Source: Octopus vulgaris
Lineage: Eukaryota
Assembly: GCA_951406725.2 (NCBI GenBank)
Contig: OX597816.1
Coordinates: 31,744,001-31,808,000, forward strand
DNA: 64,000 nt
Direction: 5' to 3'
Shown piece after piece: positions 26,991 to 39,254 of the stretch. The position numbers and the translations under genes are program-made. Position 1 is the first letter of the stretch. The number at the start of each line of letters is the position of its first letter. The notes under the pieces are model-generated. The model ran no database searches and had not been told where the DNA came from. It worked only from the letters and a program-made list of their open reading frames with translations.

Positions 26991-27765
26991 TTGCGTAAAA
27001 TGTATACACGTAAAATGTACATTTGGTGCAATGCAGTCAACATGGGAACTACATTTATCTAACTCTTATAAGCATGTAATAAATACTACGTACGCCGTAC
27101 AACACGTCGTGGACACTCTTTTTCCCTCTTTCGCTTTCTGTCGCCCTCATCACCTTATCCTCTTTTTGTCTCTCCCTGTTTTCTCCTTTTTTCCTTCCAA
27201 GTAATCACTTCAAAGAGTTATAATTACGATCCCTCTAACTCACGTCATGGACGCATTCTATCTCTCTTTTCTCTCTCCCTTTTTCTCTCTGTTCACGTAA
27301 AAGTGTTACCGATGGGCTGAGTAACGTAATGACAAGCAGAATTATAAAATACCTATATTATTGCAATTATATATATGCACATGTGTAGGTGCTGGGGGTG
27401 CGTGTGTAGACTCATTAGCATTATTTTGAAGTTCAGAGTAGATTCTAGACTCCTAAGCATTCTAGGTTTGTATATGTGCAAATTTGCAAAAGTTGTTTAA
27501 CATCATGATCACTTTTACGTATAAAGTATGTATACTATCCGCAATTCATACATCTTAACTTCACATCTGACTCCGATACTAAAACTTGAATTATTTATAT
27601 TTCTCCCTCATAATAACATTTCGCATGCAATGTTTTGTTTGAAGCTAAACTTTACCCTCTGTAAATATCATGCCAGTCATCATATCGAGTGAATTTAACA
27701 TTTTTTTTCTTTTACTTTTAATCCAGCTACTTTCGTATATTACATAAATACCCAGATTTGAAACG

Positions 27766-27766
<1 letters not shown>

Positions 27767-27854
<88 letters not shown>
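27767..27854. repeat. (CA)n microsatellite
   Basis: Directly visible. Confidence 0.95.
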
Positions 27855-27858
<4 letters not shown>

Positions 27859-28613
27859 CACTAGAAGCAGTTTATCAATTCTGAGTGTAGTCCCACTATT
27901 GGAAATGAGGCAGATATTGAAATATTAATATATTTCTTTAATATATACAATAGAATAATATCTATAGAAATTTATAGACCACTTTTCATACACATTTTCG
28001 AATATTCAGTATTTCTGCTAATTAGATGTTATTATTTGTTGATGTTCAAAAATGTTTTTACGGTATTTATTTACATTCTTCTTATATATAGGTTTCCGCT
28101 GTTTGCATTTTGTATGATCCATATCATTACATAGCCTTATACAAAAAATTGAATTTTAACGTATTGTTTAAAATATCTGTCAATTCTTTTTTGTTCATTG
28201 ATTTATTTTCGCCAATTTTAGAATCGGTAATTTTTTGCACTTCATCAGCTCCGACTCTATTTTTCTGCCATTATCTATGTTCGGTTTATTGATCACCACC
28301 TTTGTTATGTTCATGTAAATTTAAGATGATGGTGACCATCATCGACATCATGGACACTACAGTTATTGCAAGTTGTTTAGTATCATTATGGAAAAATCAA
28401 AAATAGTCACTAGGCTTTCGAACTTATTCAGAGTTCACAAACTTGTAAACATATTGGTTCATGAGGATTTTAACAGAGACTTTCTTCCCGTACAGTTTAT
28501 ATACATACATAGTGAAGAAACGGTATGGACGATTAACATAAAATGCGGATTATTCAGTTATTTTCCAATTAATCACACACACACATACACACACACACAA
28601 ACACACACACACA

Positions 28614-28671
<58 letters not shown>

Positions 28672-28677
28672 AAATAT

Positions 28678-28710
<33 letters not shown>

Positions 28711-28713
<3 letters not shown>

Positions 28714-28960
28714 GGTAAAGATCCCCTTCGGTCATGAATGACCATGGGATTGCACCTAGGAAGTTACCCTCCTAGACACAAGTCCGGGCAAGGTTGTTTA
28801 TGGAAGGCCAGCAGTCGCCCATGCATACCAGCCTCCCCTCTCCACGCCATCAGTGTTATCCAAGGGAAAGACAAAGGTCGATACAGCTTGGCACCAGTGA
28901 CGTCGCAACTCATTTCTACAGCTGAGTGAACTGGAGCAACGTGAACTAAAGTGCCTTGCT
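28711..28960 (-). mobile_element. SINE body and tail fragment (third family)
   Basis: Minus strand agcaaggcactt...gttgctccagttcactcagctgtagaaatgagt is an old SINE central-domain-like sequence; ends in ctttacccttt beside (TA)n. Confidence 0.55.
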
Positions 28961-29083
28961 TGGAGTCTCGCAATACCATGTACGCCTATGAGGATTTACT
29001 TTCCCAATGAAACTCGGTTCTTTCTCAAACTCTTTCTCAAACCTGTTACAATGTGATACATGTCTTTGATGTGGTAATTGTAC

Positions 29084-29176
29084 GCGGCTGAAGAAGGCTT
29101 TCGATCTATCTGTTATATCAAATATGCATTGATATAAGAATACGTTGTTCAATAAAGCTCGAAACATATGTACCGC
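29084..29176 (+). ncRNA. Type I hammerhead ribozyme with extended stem II
   Basis: GCGG-CTGAAGA-AGGCTTT...AAAGCTC-GAAA-CATATGT-A-CCGC; inner hairpin TTATATCAA/TTGATATAA; one mismatch at the base of stem II. Confidence 0.7.
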
Positions 29177-29265
29177 AAAATCCTTTGCGTCTTGTTTTTC
29201 TTTTGATACATATATCTTATCACCTATACAGGTGTTTACATTTATCAAGTATTCACCCTGAATTT

Positions 29266-29316
<51 letters not shown>

Positions 29317-29326
29317 TTATGTGTGT

Positions 29327-29420
<94 letters not shown>

Positions 29421-29945
29421 TTAATTGGAAAATAACTGAATAATCCGAATCTTATGTTAATGGATCAAATAATTATAAGCTACGTTTAGCTGAAATAGCT
29501 CTAATCCTTTTCAGTAACTAACAACTGAACTGCAGCGTTTGTAAATATATGTCTAAGTACGCTTTGGAAAACTGGAAAATTCTGCCTATATCGAATTATC
29601 TTTTTGATATCTTCAAATCCTATAATTCGAACGCGTTTCCTTTTAACATTTTAGGTTTTACGTTTTTGTTCTCTATTTTCTGTTTTTTTTAAAATCTTCC
29701 AGGTCTTTCATATGCGTCCTTCTCACATTTCTGTGTTTCTTCTCTCATTCAAGTTTTAGTTAATTACGATACCTGGTTTGTATCTTACGAATATGTTTGA
29801 GGTATTTCTCAACATTTATCTATTAGTAGCATACAAAAACATGCACTATGACTAGTATATAATATTTACCTCTAACATGATGAAGTACTTTTCCTTTGAA
29901 GAGGGTATTATACATCAATGATCAGGGAATTATACATACATATAA

Positions 29946-30683
29946 ATAATTAATCAATATAGGGTGGCAAAAAGAATTTTGTAGAATTCTTTTGCCACCA
30001 GCGGCCTAGTAGGAAAAAATTAAATAGTCATAAACCATGAAACGGTGCATCGTCTAAGAAATTACAGGGTAAAAGTTTTTCAATTTTCTCCTGGTTTACG
30101 GAATTAATGTTATTTTGCGGTTAAAGCTTTTGGCTGTTATTTCTAGTGGGTGAATGGCCTATTATGGCCGTTCCTTGATTGTGATGTTGAACGTAAAAAT
30201 GGTTTATGACTATTTAATTTTTTCCTACTAGGCCGCTGGTGGCAAAAGAATTCTACAAAATTTTTTTTGCCACCCTATATTGATTAATTATGAATTTTCT
30301 GGTTAGTTCCGTAATGGAATCGGTGGCTTATATCTATTTGCTGCCGATAAATTTGGCGCGAGTGCGACGATTTGAAAATTTTAGGTCAGATATTGCCGAG
30401 GTAGCAAGAGGAATGCCTCGTGAAAAATATCTGTTCCGACTTGGCTATTTCTTACTGATGAGTCTAAGGGCCTATGGTGGATTGGCTTGATTTAATTTAA
30501 TCAGGTTAGTTTACCATTAAACGGTAGATGAAACGGTGCATCGTCTAAGAAATTACAGGGTAAAAGTTTTTCAATTTTCTCCTGGTTTACGGAATTAATG
30601 TTATTTTGCGGTTAAAGCTTTTGGCTGTTATTTCTAGTGGGTGAATGGCCTATTATGGCCGTTCCTTGATTGTGATGTTGAAC
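29946..30683 (+). mobile_element. Non-coding hammerhead-bearing element: inverted end copy plus ~1.3 tandem units (491-bp period)
   Basis: Inverted repeat 29946-30038 / 30199-30291; direct repeat 30037-30192 / 30528-30683; hammerhead at 30447-30553. Confidence 0.8.
30447..30553 (+). ncRNA. Type I hammerhead ribozyme, intact core, long stem II
   Basis: Stem I ATTTCTTA/TAAGAAAT; core CTGATGA (30455-30461); stem II GTCTA/TAGAT; GAAA; self-complementary stem III ACGGTG-CATCGT; GUC triplet ending at 30545. Confidence 0.85.
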
Positions 30684-30989
30684 ATACATATAAATATATA
30701 AAATAAACCAGTTCAAGTCATTACCCCATGAACGTTGACCTGTGTGGAGACGTCCGATGGCTTGCCCTTGCGGATTTCTGTCAGTTTTGGCATGCTTGAT
30801 GCGATCAGGACACAAATTAATACTTTATTGCCCACAGGAGGCTAAACATAGAGGGGACGGTACAGTGAATTGGGGTCAGTAAGAGAAAACATTAATATGA
30901 ACAATCGAATAAAAATCCTGTTAAAATTTCGGATGAGAAACAGCACCAAAAGAGAAACAGTTAAGTTGAGGGCGGGTTCTGTTTTCGGC

Positions 30990-32145
30990 CCCGCAAGCCC
31001 CGGTCCGCCGCTGCTAATTTTGGGAAGTATTTCAAGACACTCTTAAATTAAGATGTTCACTCCTACAATTCTTGCTACTATTTTCCATCTTTTCTTGTAT
31101 GCATCTGGTTACAGGCACTCCTTCTCAGCCCTTATCTTCCTTTTTACGTGAAACGATAAGAATCTCACAAGACCAAGGCTGGAGATGAAAGTGCCCGTCA
31201 AAATAACTTTCACACGGGTCTTCCACACGACCTCTTTCGCAATAGCTACCGTAGTGAGGAAATACGCCTTACCCTCTTTGTCAAAGGAGGAAAGGGGAAC
31301 AATTTTTATGATCGACTCGCAAGAAAGCTGTACACTTCTCAGTCATGACAACAGATGCTCTAGGTAAACCAACACTTCTGAAATTTTCGGGTATTGCATA
31401 AGCCCGTCCAGAACGGCTTCCTTGTCCTGCTCGCATCTTAGGTACAAGGGTGAACAGGAGCTACCATACCTTGCGATTTTGTCGCGAACCGGTAGTGAAC
31501 CTTGGAAACATTGCCAGATATCTGGAAGTTATCTAAAAACGCTGGCCCGAATGTTCTTCGGAACAGGCTAGTTAACTAATTTTAGTCTAAGCCTAGGGTA
31601 TCCCCAGGTCGTCATTATTCCTTGTCCCTACCAACCTTCCACAGAAGAAAAGCGTGGATCCCCCGCCGCTGGCGCTGCCAGTGTGAGAGAGAACCTGGAG
31701 TACCTGTCGACACTCCAAGGGCCACTTGCCGTATTTAGGTGTACGATGGATCCAAGGTTGTAGTTCACCAAAGCTAGTGAAACTAGGAAGCATCCATCTG
31801 ACAAACGGAGACCACACCTGTTCACAATCCAGGTAGAGCCAATGATGCCTCGGCAGACAGAGCACTTCAAAAGCGTATATTTATCCTTTCACAAAAAGCG
31901 GAAAAGGAGCCGTTCAAACTTGTTCAGCCACGAACGAGGACAATGCACGATGGGTTGGCGGTACGTAATCACAGAAGCGATAAACACCTCTGCAATCTCC
32001 TCTCTCTCTCTTTCAAGGATAACGACCGTTCAAACCAGGTTTGAGTTAGGGAAACCCCCATGCTCGCCACCTCACCCCATTTCTTCTCTATCTTGAGGTC
32101 CGGTCCAAACCAAACCCTAAGCATTTTAACTGGCCCTTCCGTCCA
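30990..32145 (-). pseudogene. Degenerate Tx1/L1-group LINE ORF2 C-terminal part
   Basis: GPVKMLRVWFGPDL.IEKKW...WFERSLSL.ER (ORF 31969-32310) and a decayed C-terminal knuckle region (VRDKIARYG...LRCEQDKE, near 31400-31490). Confidence 0.65.
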
Positions 32146-32192
32146 AGACACCTGATGAAGGCTGGAGGTTATATCAGCCGAAACGTTTTGTT
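32146..32192 (+). ncRNA. Minimal hammerhead ribozyme (PLE pseudo-LTR type)
   Basis: GACAC-CTGATGA-A-GGCTG-gaggttatat-CAGCC-GAAACGTT-TTGTT. Confidence 0.7.
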
Positions 32193-32754
32193 TACAACAA
32201 ACAAGATGAGGAGAAATATCCGTCAAATTTAAATAGTGTAAATAATGTATCAGAAATATCTGCAGCATAATTTTTATATGCTTGAAATAAGAAAATCTCA
32301 CATTCGCCACATGTCACATTCGCCACATTTAATCCTTCGAAGTATTAAATCATATCAACTTAAGAAGACTGTATGACTCACATCTACAATATGTTTACGA
32401 TTATTTTCAATTCATCTGAAATTTTTCCCTATTTGAAGCAATTTCAATAATTACATCATGTAATACTTACCAGTTATATTGTATAATAAAACTGTCAGAT
32501 TCCCATGTTCTAGATAAACATGTAATTTCTCTTATTGTGTTGTTTAATTAAACTAATTGCTGCTAGTAGAGAAATACTCCTATATAAATCTCTAATTCCG
32601 TTTCCGATATATTCATTAAAATATTCATCATTAATGTAATTCATTATCGGGTTTAAACTGGAATATCCAATTTAAAAAAAATATATACTCATACTAAAAA
32701 TAAAAGTGCTCATATCACGCATTTAGTGATTATGCAGTATAAGATTTATCATTA

Positions 32755-32879
32755 AACTAGCAGTATAACCCGGCTTTGCCCGGGATTAAGTTACGATTAT
32801 TAAGCCAATCAAATTCCTTATTTCAAACCAAACTAAGTAACATAGACGTCATATTTGGGCGAAATCCGTTGAAATTTGT

Positions 32880-32938
<59 letters not shown>

Positions 32939-32998
32939 CTGGACCAATCATTGGTCGAAACACATATAAGTTTATCTAAGTTTATATATATATTTATA

Positions 32999-33030
<32 letters not shown>

Positions 33031-33093
33031 GGCCTGGACCAATCATTGGTCGAAACACATATAAGTTTATCTAAGTTTATATATATATTTATA

Positions 33094-33156
<63 letters not shown>

Positions 33157-34080
33157 TATATATATACATACAATATAATATAAATATATATGGGCAATAG
33201 GCACGAACACACATACACACACGTACGTAAACCTATTGCATGTTTTGTGCACGCATACATGTTGATAAACAGAAATAATGGAAAAAAATGTTGTTAAATT
33301 TGTATAATAACACTCGCATGATTTTCACTGAGAAGGAAAATGTTTTTTTTTGGCATGGAATAAACTACTCTGGCCTCAAAACCCTTTTTCTAGTCCGTAA
33401 AACGGAGTGGGGTGTGGTGGAAGCCTCGCAAATTGTGCCCATTTATTTTGTGTAATTCACTGACGAATTGTTACTCACCTCTTTGTTTCTTTGTTGTTAA
33501 ATAAATGGATTGTCAACAAAACACTTTATTACTCGGCGTAAAATAAAAGCAAAACTCTTTCGCACCTAAAGTAATGGGTGAGAGAGAGAGAGGGGGTAGA
33601 AAGATGAACGGTTTAAAATAAATAAATATATTGTAATTGTTTTGAGAAAGTATATATACTATGATTATATAATATAGTATCTCTCAAAAATAAAAACAAA
33701 ACATTTTACATTTTATTTATCATGAACGTCGTCACTTTCTCTTTCTCCATTTCCCGCTTTGTCTAACCTGGGAAACACTCTGCCACCTTCTTCGACTTTT
33801 CTTTATCTTATTTTTTTTTCTGAGACGCCGTCAAAAAAGCTATGGCTGATAATTATATGGATAAATGCTATGGTTGAAAATAAGATTTTTACGCTATCCG
33901 CGGGTGACTCGGGAAAACTAAGTTGACAAAACCCAGATAGGATCTTGACGAATGTCCTCCTATAATTTGAGTGACATGTGTGCTAATTTATGGATGTGCA
34001 TAAATTACAATCACGTGCACACACTCACACACAAACAAGCGCGCGCACACATCATGCCGGTAATATTTATGATATTATAC
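32755..34080 (+). mobile_element. Possible non-autonomous rolling-circle (Helitron/Helentron-derived) element
   Basis: Begins ACTAG followed by the hairpin CCCGG-CTTTGC-CCGGG and ends in a CA-rich tract, as in many invertebrate non-autonomous rolling-circle repeats; boundaries uncertain. Confidence 0.35.
32936..33125 (+). repeat. 95-bp tandem duplication within (TA)n
   Basis: ggcctggaccaatcattggtcgaaacacatataagtttatctaagttt occurs at 32936 and 33031. Confidence 0.9.
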
Positions 34081-35348
34081 TCCACAGAACATTTGATTTA
34101 ACTGTAATCATCGTATAGGGATTCACACTACTCTTGTGAGCATTACTCATCACTCTTTTGCTTAATATCCATTTAAATATATTTTTAAATAAACGATCAA
34201 TCCAAAACCAATCCGCATATGAAAATCGTCATCATGTTCATTGTCTTTCTATCTTGAATTTAACTAATTATTTATAGTGCAATAACACGTTATGCAATAT
34301 ATCCAAAGATTTATTTTCATTCTGCTTATTCCTTTTTTCACTTACATAAAAAAGCGCTCTCAACAAAGCTTTACTGGCAAATTATGGGAAATTGTATTAT
34401 TTATATTTTTATACTTGTTCACCTTAAAGCCAGCATAAGGTACAAAATAATATCACCAACAAAACATAGATATTTTACTTTGCTCTCTATTTTTCACATG
34501 ATTCTGTGAAATGCATTAGGTGAAAATAATCGAATCCTACACAATTCTCCGAAGTATACATGAAAAGTAGAAATATGAGGACTCCACACTCGCGTAAAAA
34601 AATACAATATTAAATACTGTCACTCGAGGAATGAATGATTATGCACACACATATGCAGTATTATTGGTAAAGGTTTTTCGAAATGCAGATGGAGATCTTT
34701 CGTTAAATACAGAATCACACTACAAGAATATAAAGGAAAGATTGATAGCGTGTTGGAGAAATCATTCAAAAAATGTGTTATATCTAGAATCTTTTATATT
34801 CTCTGGCTGCTTTGTTAACGCAAAAACAACGTCTTATTTTTAAATTTCTGTGAAGAATAAGGTCTATGAAGGAGAAGAATCACGTTTGATTAAAATCAGA
34901 AACTGAGACTGCAGTGCTGTGATTCAGGAAATTTTGTAAAATGAAGTATTTATTACTACGAATAGAAAAATACGTGGCAGACAGCGCAACTAGAAACAAA
35001 TCAACATTGTTGTTTTTTCCTCTTAAGCATTTGGAAGTCATTGCTCTTGGAATGCGAGCTAGTCCAACAATGTTATTGACTGAGTTATATATAATTCTAT
35101 AAAGTTCTGGGGCAAGATTTAGGTGCAAGAAATCTTTGGGTGAGGAAAACAGTTATACTTATCTATTTACTGGTAATCCCAAACTAGTTAATGATTATTT
35201 TGCTACGAGTAAGTTATCATGATTGTTGTAATCACATTCATCTATAAATTGTTCTATTATGTATTATATAACTCAAAGTCAAAGATTAAGTTTCCCGAGG
35301 TAAATCTCTCTCTCTCTCTCACTTTCTATATATATATATATATATCTA

Positions 35349-35421
<73 letters not shown>

Positions 35422-35572
35422 TGTGTGTGTGTATATATATGTGTATACATATATGTAAATATATATATATATATACACACATATATATATATATATATAT
35501 ACATGTATATATATATCTGTACTACATAGACATATGTGTATGGACTCTATGTAAACGTATATACATATATAC

Positions 35573-36158
35573 ATAGAATGGTTGTATACTGTCAATCTAA
35601 CAAGAACGTGACAGTAGGGGGTACACCACCGCTGTATAGCCCTAGGAGGCATCCAACGCCTCCTGATAGCTTTGACACATTTTTCCCTGTGTCCTTATAT
35701 ACATATACGAAGGGGAGACAAACACCCCCGGCTGTATACAACCATTCTATCGCCCCACCAACGTACATGTCTCTACGAGAGATTTAGAAATTCAATATTT
35801 CGTATTTTGATAATCAATTAATAAACTTCATTGAATATAAATATATACAATTACGAAGTCGAGGCAAATATCACCGGCTGACCGGTATCTGCTACTCTAG
35901 GTCGATGAAGGACAACGATCCTGAAACACGGTGTCCCTAGATGCAGTTCCGGCAGCCGGGGGTGTTTGTCTCCCCTTCGTATAAGGACACAGAGAAAAAA
36001 TGTGTCAAAGCTACCAGGAGGCGGTCGATGCCTCCTAGGGCTATACAGCGGTGGTGTGCCCCCTAATGTCACGTTCTTGTTAGATTGAAAGTATACAACC
36101 ATTCTATCGCCCCACCACCGTACATGTCTCTACGAGAGATTTAGAGATTCAATATTTC
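35573..36158 (+). mobile_element. Non-coding hammerhead-like element: inverted end copy plus ~1.2 tandem units (357-bp period), in (TA)n
   Basis: Inverted repeat 35573-35734 / 35953-36107; direct repeat 35734-35801 / 36091-36158; hammerhead fold at 35896-35941. Confidence 0.8.
35896..35941 (+). ncRNA. Hammerhead fold with variant core (TCGATGA)
   Basis: TCTAGG-TCGATGA-AGGA-caacga-TCCT-GAAA-CACGGTGT-C-CCTAGA. Confidence 0.65.
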
Positions 36159-36177
36159 TGACATATATACATATATG

Positions 36178-36257
<80 letters not shown>

Positions 36258-36260
<3 letters not shown>

Positions 36261-39186
36261 AGGTAACAGGACAAAGATCCCGTTCCTGAGAGACTTTGTT
36301 GCATGCAATCAAGCCATATGCATAGCACTTACAGAAACGCACCTGAAACCGGACATAGCAGATGCGGAGTTACACATACCACAGTATGCTGTACTACGGA
36401 CCGACAGGAAAGAAAGGAGTCATGGAGGTGTTGCTATGTACATCCGTGAGGACCTCACACCCCAGGTCCTCTTGTCATACTCAAACTCGGTGTGTGACAC
36501 ACTAATTGTACATATTAGGCAACTTGATGTAGTTGTGTGTGCTACATATCGCCCTCCAGATGCCCCAAGCCATGTGGGCAAGTTCGAAGACTGCCTTATA
36601 AAAATAGAAGAAATTCTAACCACATTAGAACAACACATAGGTGTGCTTCTTATGGGAGACTTCAATCTGCCCAATGTCAGATGGCCCGAGGGCCTTTCTC
36701 TCCCAGGAATGACAAGATGTGAACGAGGACAGGCGAGGTCCCTCCTGAACCTCACCAACACCCTGTACATGGAGCAGGTAATACTCCAACCAACCAGAGC
36801 AGGTAACACACTGGATCTCTGCTTCACAAATGACATGGATCTCATCCATAATGTGAAAGTGACACCGACACTACTCTCGGATCACAACATGATAGAGCTG
36901 ACCATGTACGGGCCAAAAGAGAGCACGGACATGCAGCCTACAAGAAACCCTCAAAATCTTTCCAGCTTGAACTACCATAAGGCAAACTGGAAACAAATTG
37001 AGAAAGAGATCCTCAAACAAAACTGGCCTAAATGTCTCTCCTCGCCAGACATCGACGTGAAACTTCAACAATTCATGTCTGTAATGCAAGCCATATGCTA
37101 CAAATGTGTCCCTGAGAGAAAGGCCACTGTACACAAGAACAACATCCCCAGAGAGAGGAAAATTTTAATGAGACGGCGTACGAAATTTTCAAATCGCCTA
37201 AACAAACAGATTGAAAGCAGTGAAAAGTCCCGCCTAAAAATAAAACTGTTGGAAATCGAAAAATGTCTGCAACTCTCCCATGAAAAAGAAAGAGCAGACA
37301 AAGAAGCCTGGGCTATAGAAAACATAAAATCTAACCCCAGAGCTTTCTACAGGTATGCCAAAGAAACAGCTACAGTGCACTGTAGAATAGGGACACTCCT
37401 CGAAAAGGATGGCACACTTACAGGAAAACCAATGAGGGTAAGTGAAATACTGAATGAGCAATTCAAGAGTGTTTTCACTCCACCCCTTGGGCATCTCCAA
37501 ATCACCAATCCAACTGACTTTTTTACCACTGCAGATATAAAATCAGAGGCGGCGACGATAGATTACATCGATATAAAGGAAGACGATGTAACCAAGGCTA
37601 TAGATGAAATGAAAACAGACTCAGCTACTGGCCCCGATGGATTCCCGGCAATCCTCCTAAAAGCATGTAAGAGAGTCCTAGCAAGACCACTGCAGTTCCT
37701 CTTTCAGAGCTTCCTTGCAGCTGGCAAACTTCCAGGAAAACTGAAGGAAGGTAAAATATGCCCCATTCATAAAGGAGGTAGCAGAGCGGAAGCCAAGAAC
37801 TATAGACCTATCTCTCTGACCTCACACATCAGCAAGGTCATGGAACGAATAGTCAGAAGGAAGCTGATCACCCTCCTTGAAGAGAATGACTTGCTGCCCG
37901 ACACCCAACATGGTTTCCGACCAGGGAGAAGCTGTTTAACTCAGCTCCTACAACACTATGACTGGGTGCTGAAACGGCTGCTCAACCACTCAAATGTGGA
38001 AGTGATATATCTCGACTTTGCAAAGGCCTTTGATAAAGTCGATCATGGAATGATATGTCACAAACTGCGTGATCTCAACATAGTTGGAAAACTGGGAGAA
38101 TGGCTTCATGACTTTCTGAAGGATAGAAGTCAGGTGGTAGTAGCCAATGGGGCCACCTCCATTAACACACAAATAGTGAGCGGTGTTCCGCAGGGCACTG
38201 TTCTGGGACCACTACTGTTCATAATGGCCCTCTCAGACATGCCCTCAGCCACGCAGAGAGCCACGATCACAAGTTATGCAGATGATACAAAAGTTTCACA
38301 GGCAATACAGAACCCTGAGGACACTAAACACCTGCAATGTGAGCTGGACGAAATATACAAGTGGGCTGAAAAGAATAGCATGCAGTTCAATGCTGGAAAG
38401 TTTCAAGCTTTATACTATCAGCATGCAAAACTGAATGCAATACCCAATGAATACACTGGACCCGGAGGGATTGCAATCCCAGAGGCACAATCAGTGCGTG
38501 ACCTGGGTATTCACATGAGTGATGACGCGACCTTTCATGTACATGTTGCTAAACTGACAATGAAATGTAGACGGCTGGCTGGATGGATTCTTAGAACCTT
38601 TAGAACAAGAGAACAAGAAACCATGATGGTCCTCTGGAAGACACTTGTCCTAAGCCACTTTGACTATTGCTCTCAGCTATGGTCACCATCCAGTGTCAAG
38701 TTGATCACAGAACTTGAGGCGATCCAACGAAGCTACACAAAGAAGATAGCCTCTATGCAGAATGTAAGCTACTGGGAAAGACTCAAGAGATTAAAATTAT
38801 ATTCCCTGGAGCGTAGGCGGGAAAGATATGCCATAATATACATCTGGAAGATCCTGGAGGGAAGTGTCCTGAACTTTGGCATCGAGAGTTACGCAAATGT
38901 CAGAACTGGGCGCCACTGCGTGGTGCCTAGGACTCCAAACCTGCCATCAAGATGTAGGACAAGATTCTGTGATAGCCTGGGCTTCCGAGGCCCACAGCTC
39001 TTCAATATCCTCCCGAAGAACCTGAGAGACCTGCATGGGGTGGATACAGATGTCTTTAAAATGAAGCTGGATCTCTTCCTGTCAGGTGTCCCAGATGAAC
39101 CAACTTCACGGCAGGAGGGGCAGATGAGGGCAGCTGCATCGAACTCTCTCATGCACCAAATAGCAGTTGCTAGAAAGCCTCCATGA
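36258..39186 (+). CDS. LINE ORF2 (APE endonuclease plus reverse transcriptase), CR1/L2 group, open frame, slightly 5'-truncated
   Basis: ALTETHL, GGVAMY, YRPP, MGDFN, LDL and SDH (APE); GPDG, YRPISLTS, QHGFR, LDFAKAFD, GVPQGTVLGPLLF and YADD (RT). The listed start at 36175 is a (TA)n artefact. Confidence 0.92.
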
Positions 39187-39254
39187 AGTGAAACCAAGTA
39201 GCGACACCAAATGGCGGTGCCCCAGCATGGCCACAGCTCATAAGCTGAAACTAG

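Noticed and set aside
36175-36257. Apparent N-terminus of the 1003-aa ORF
   Set aside because: It is (TA)n read-through; LINE similarity begins near 36258.
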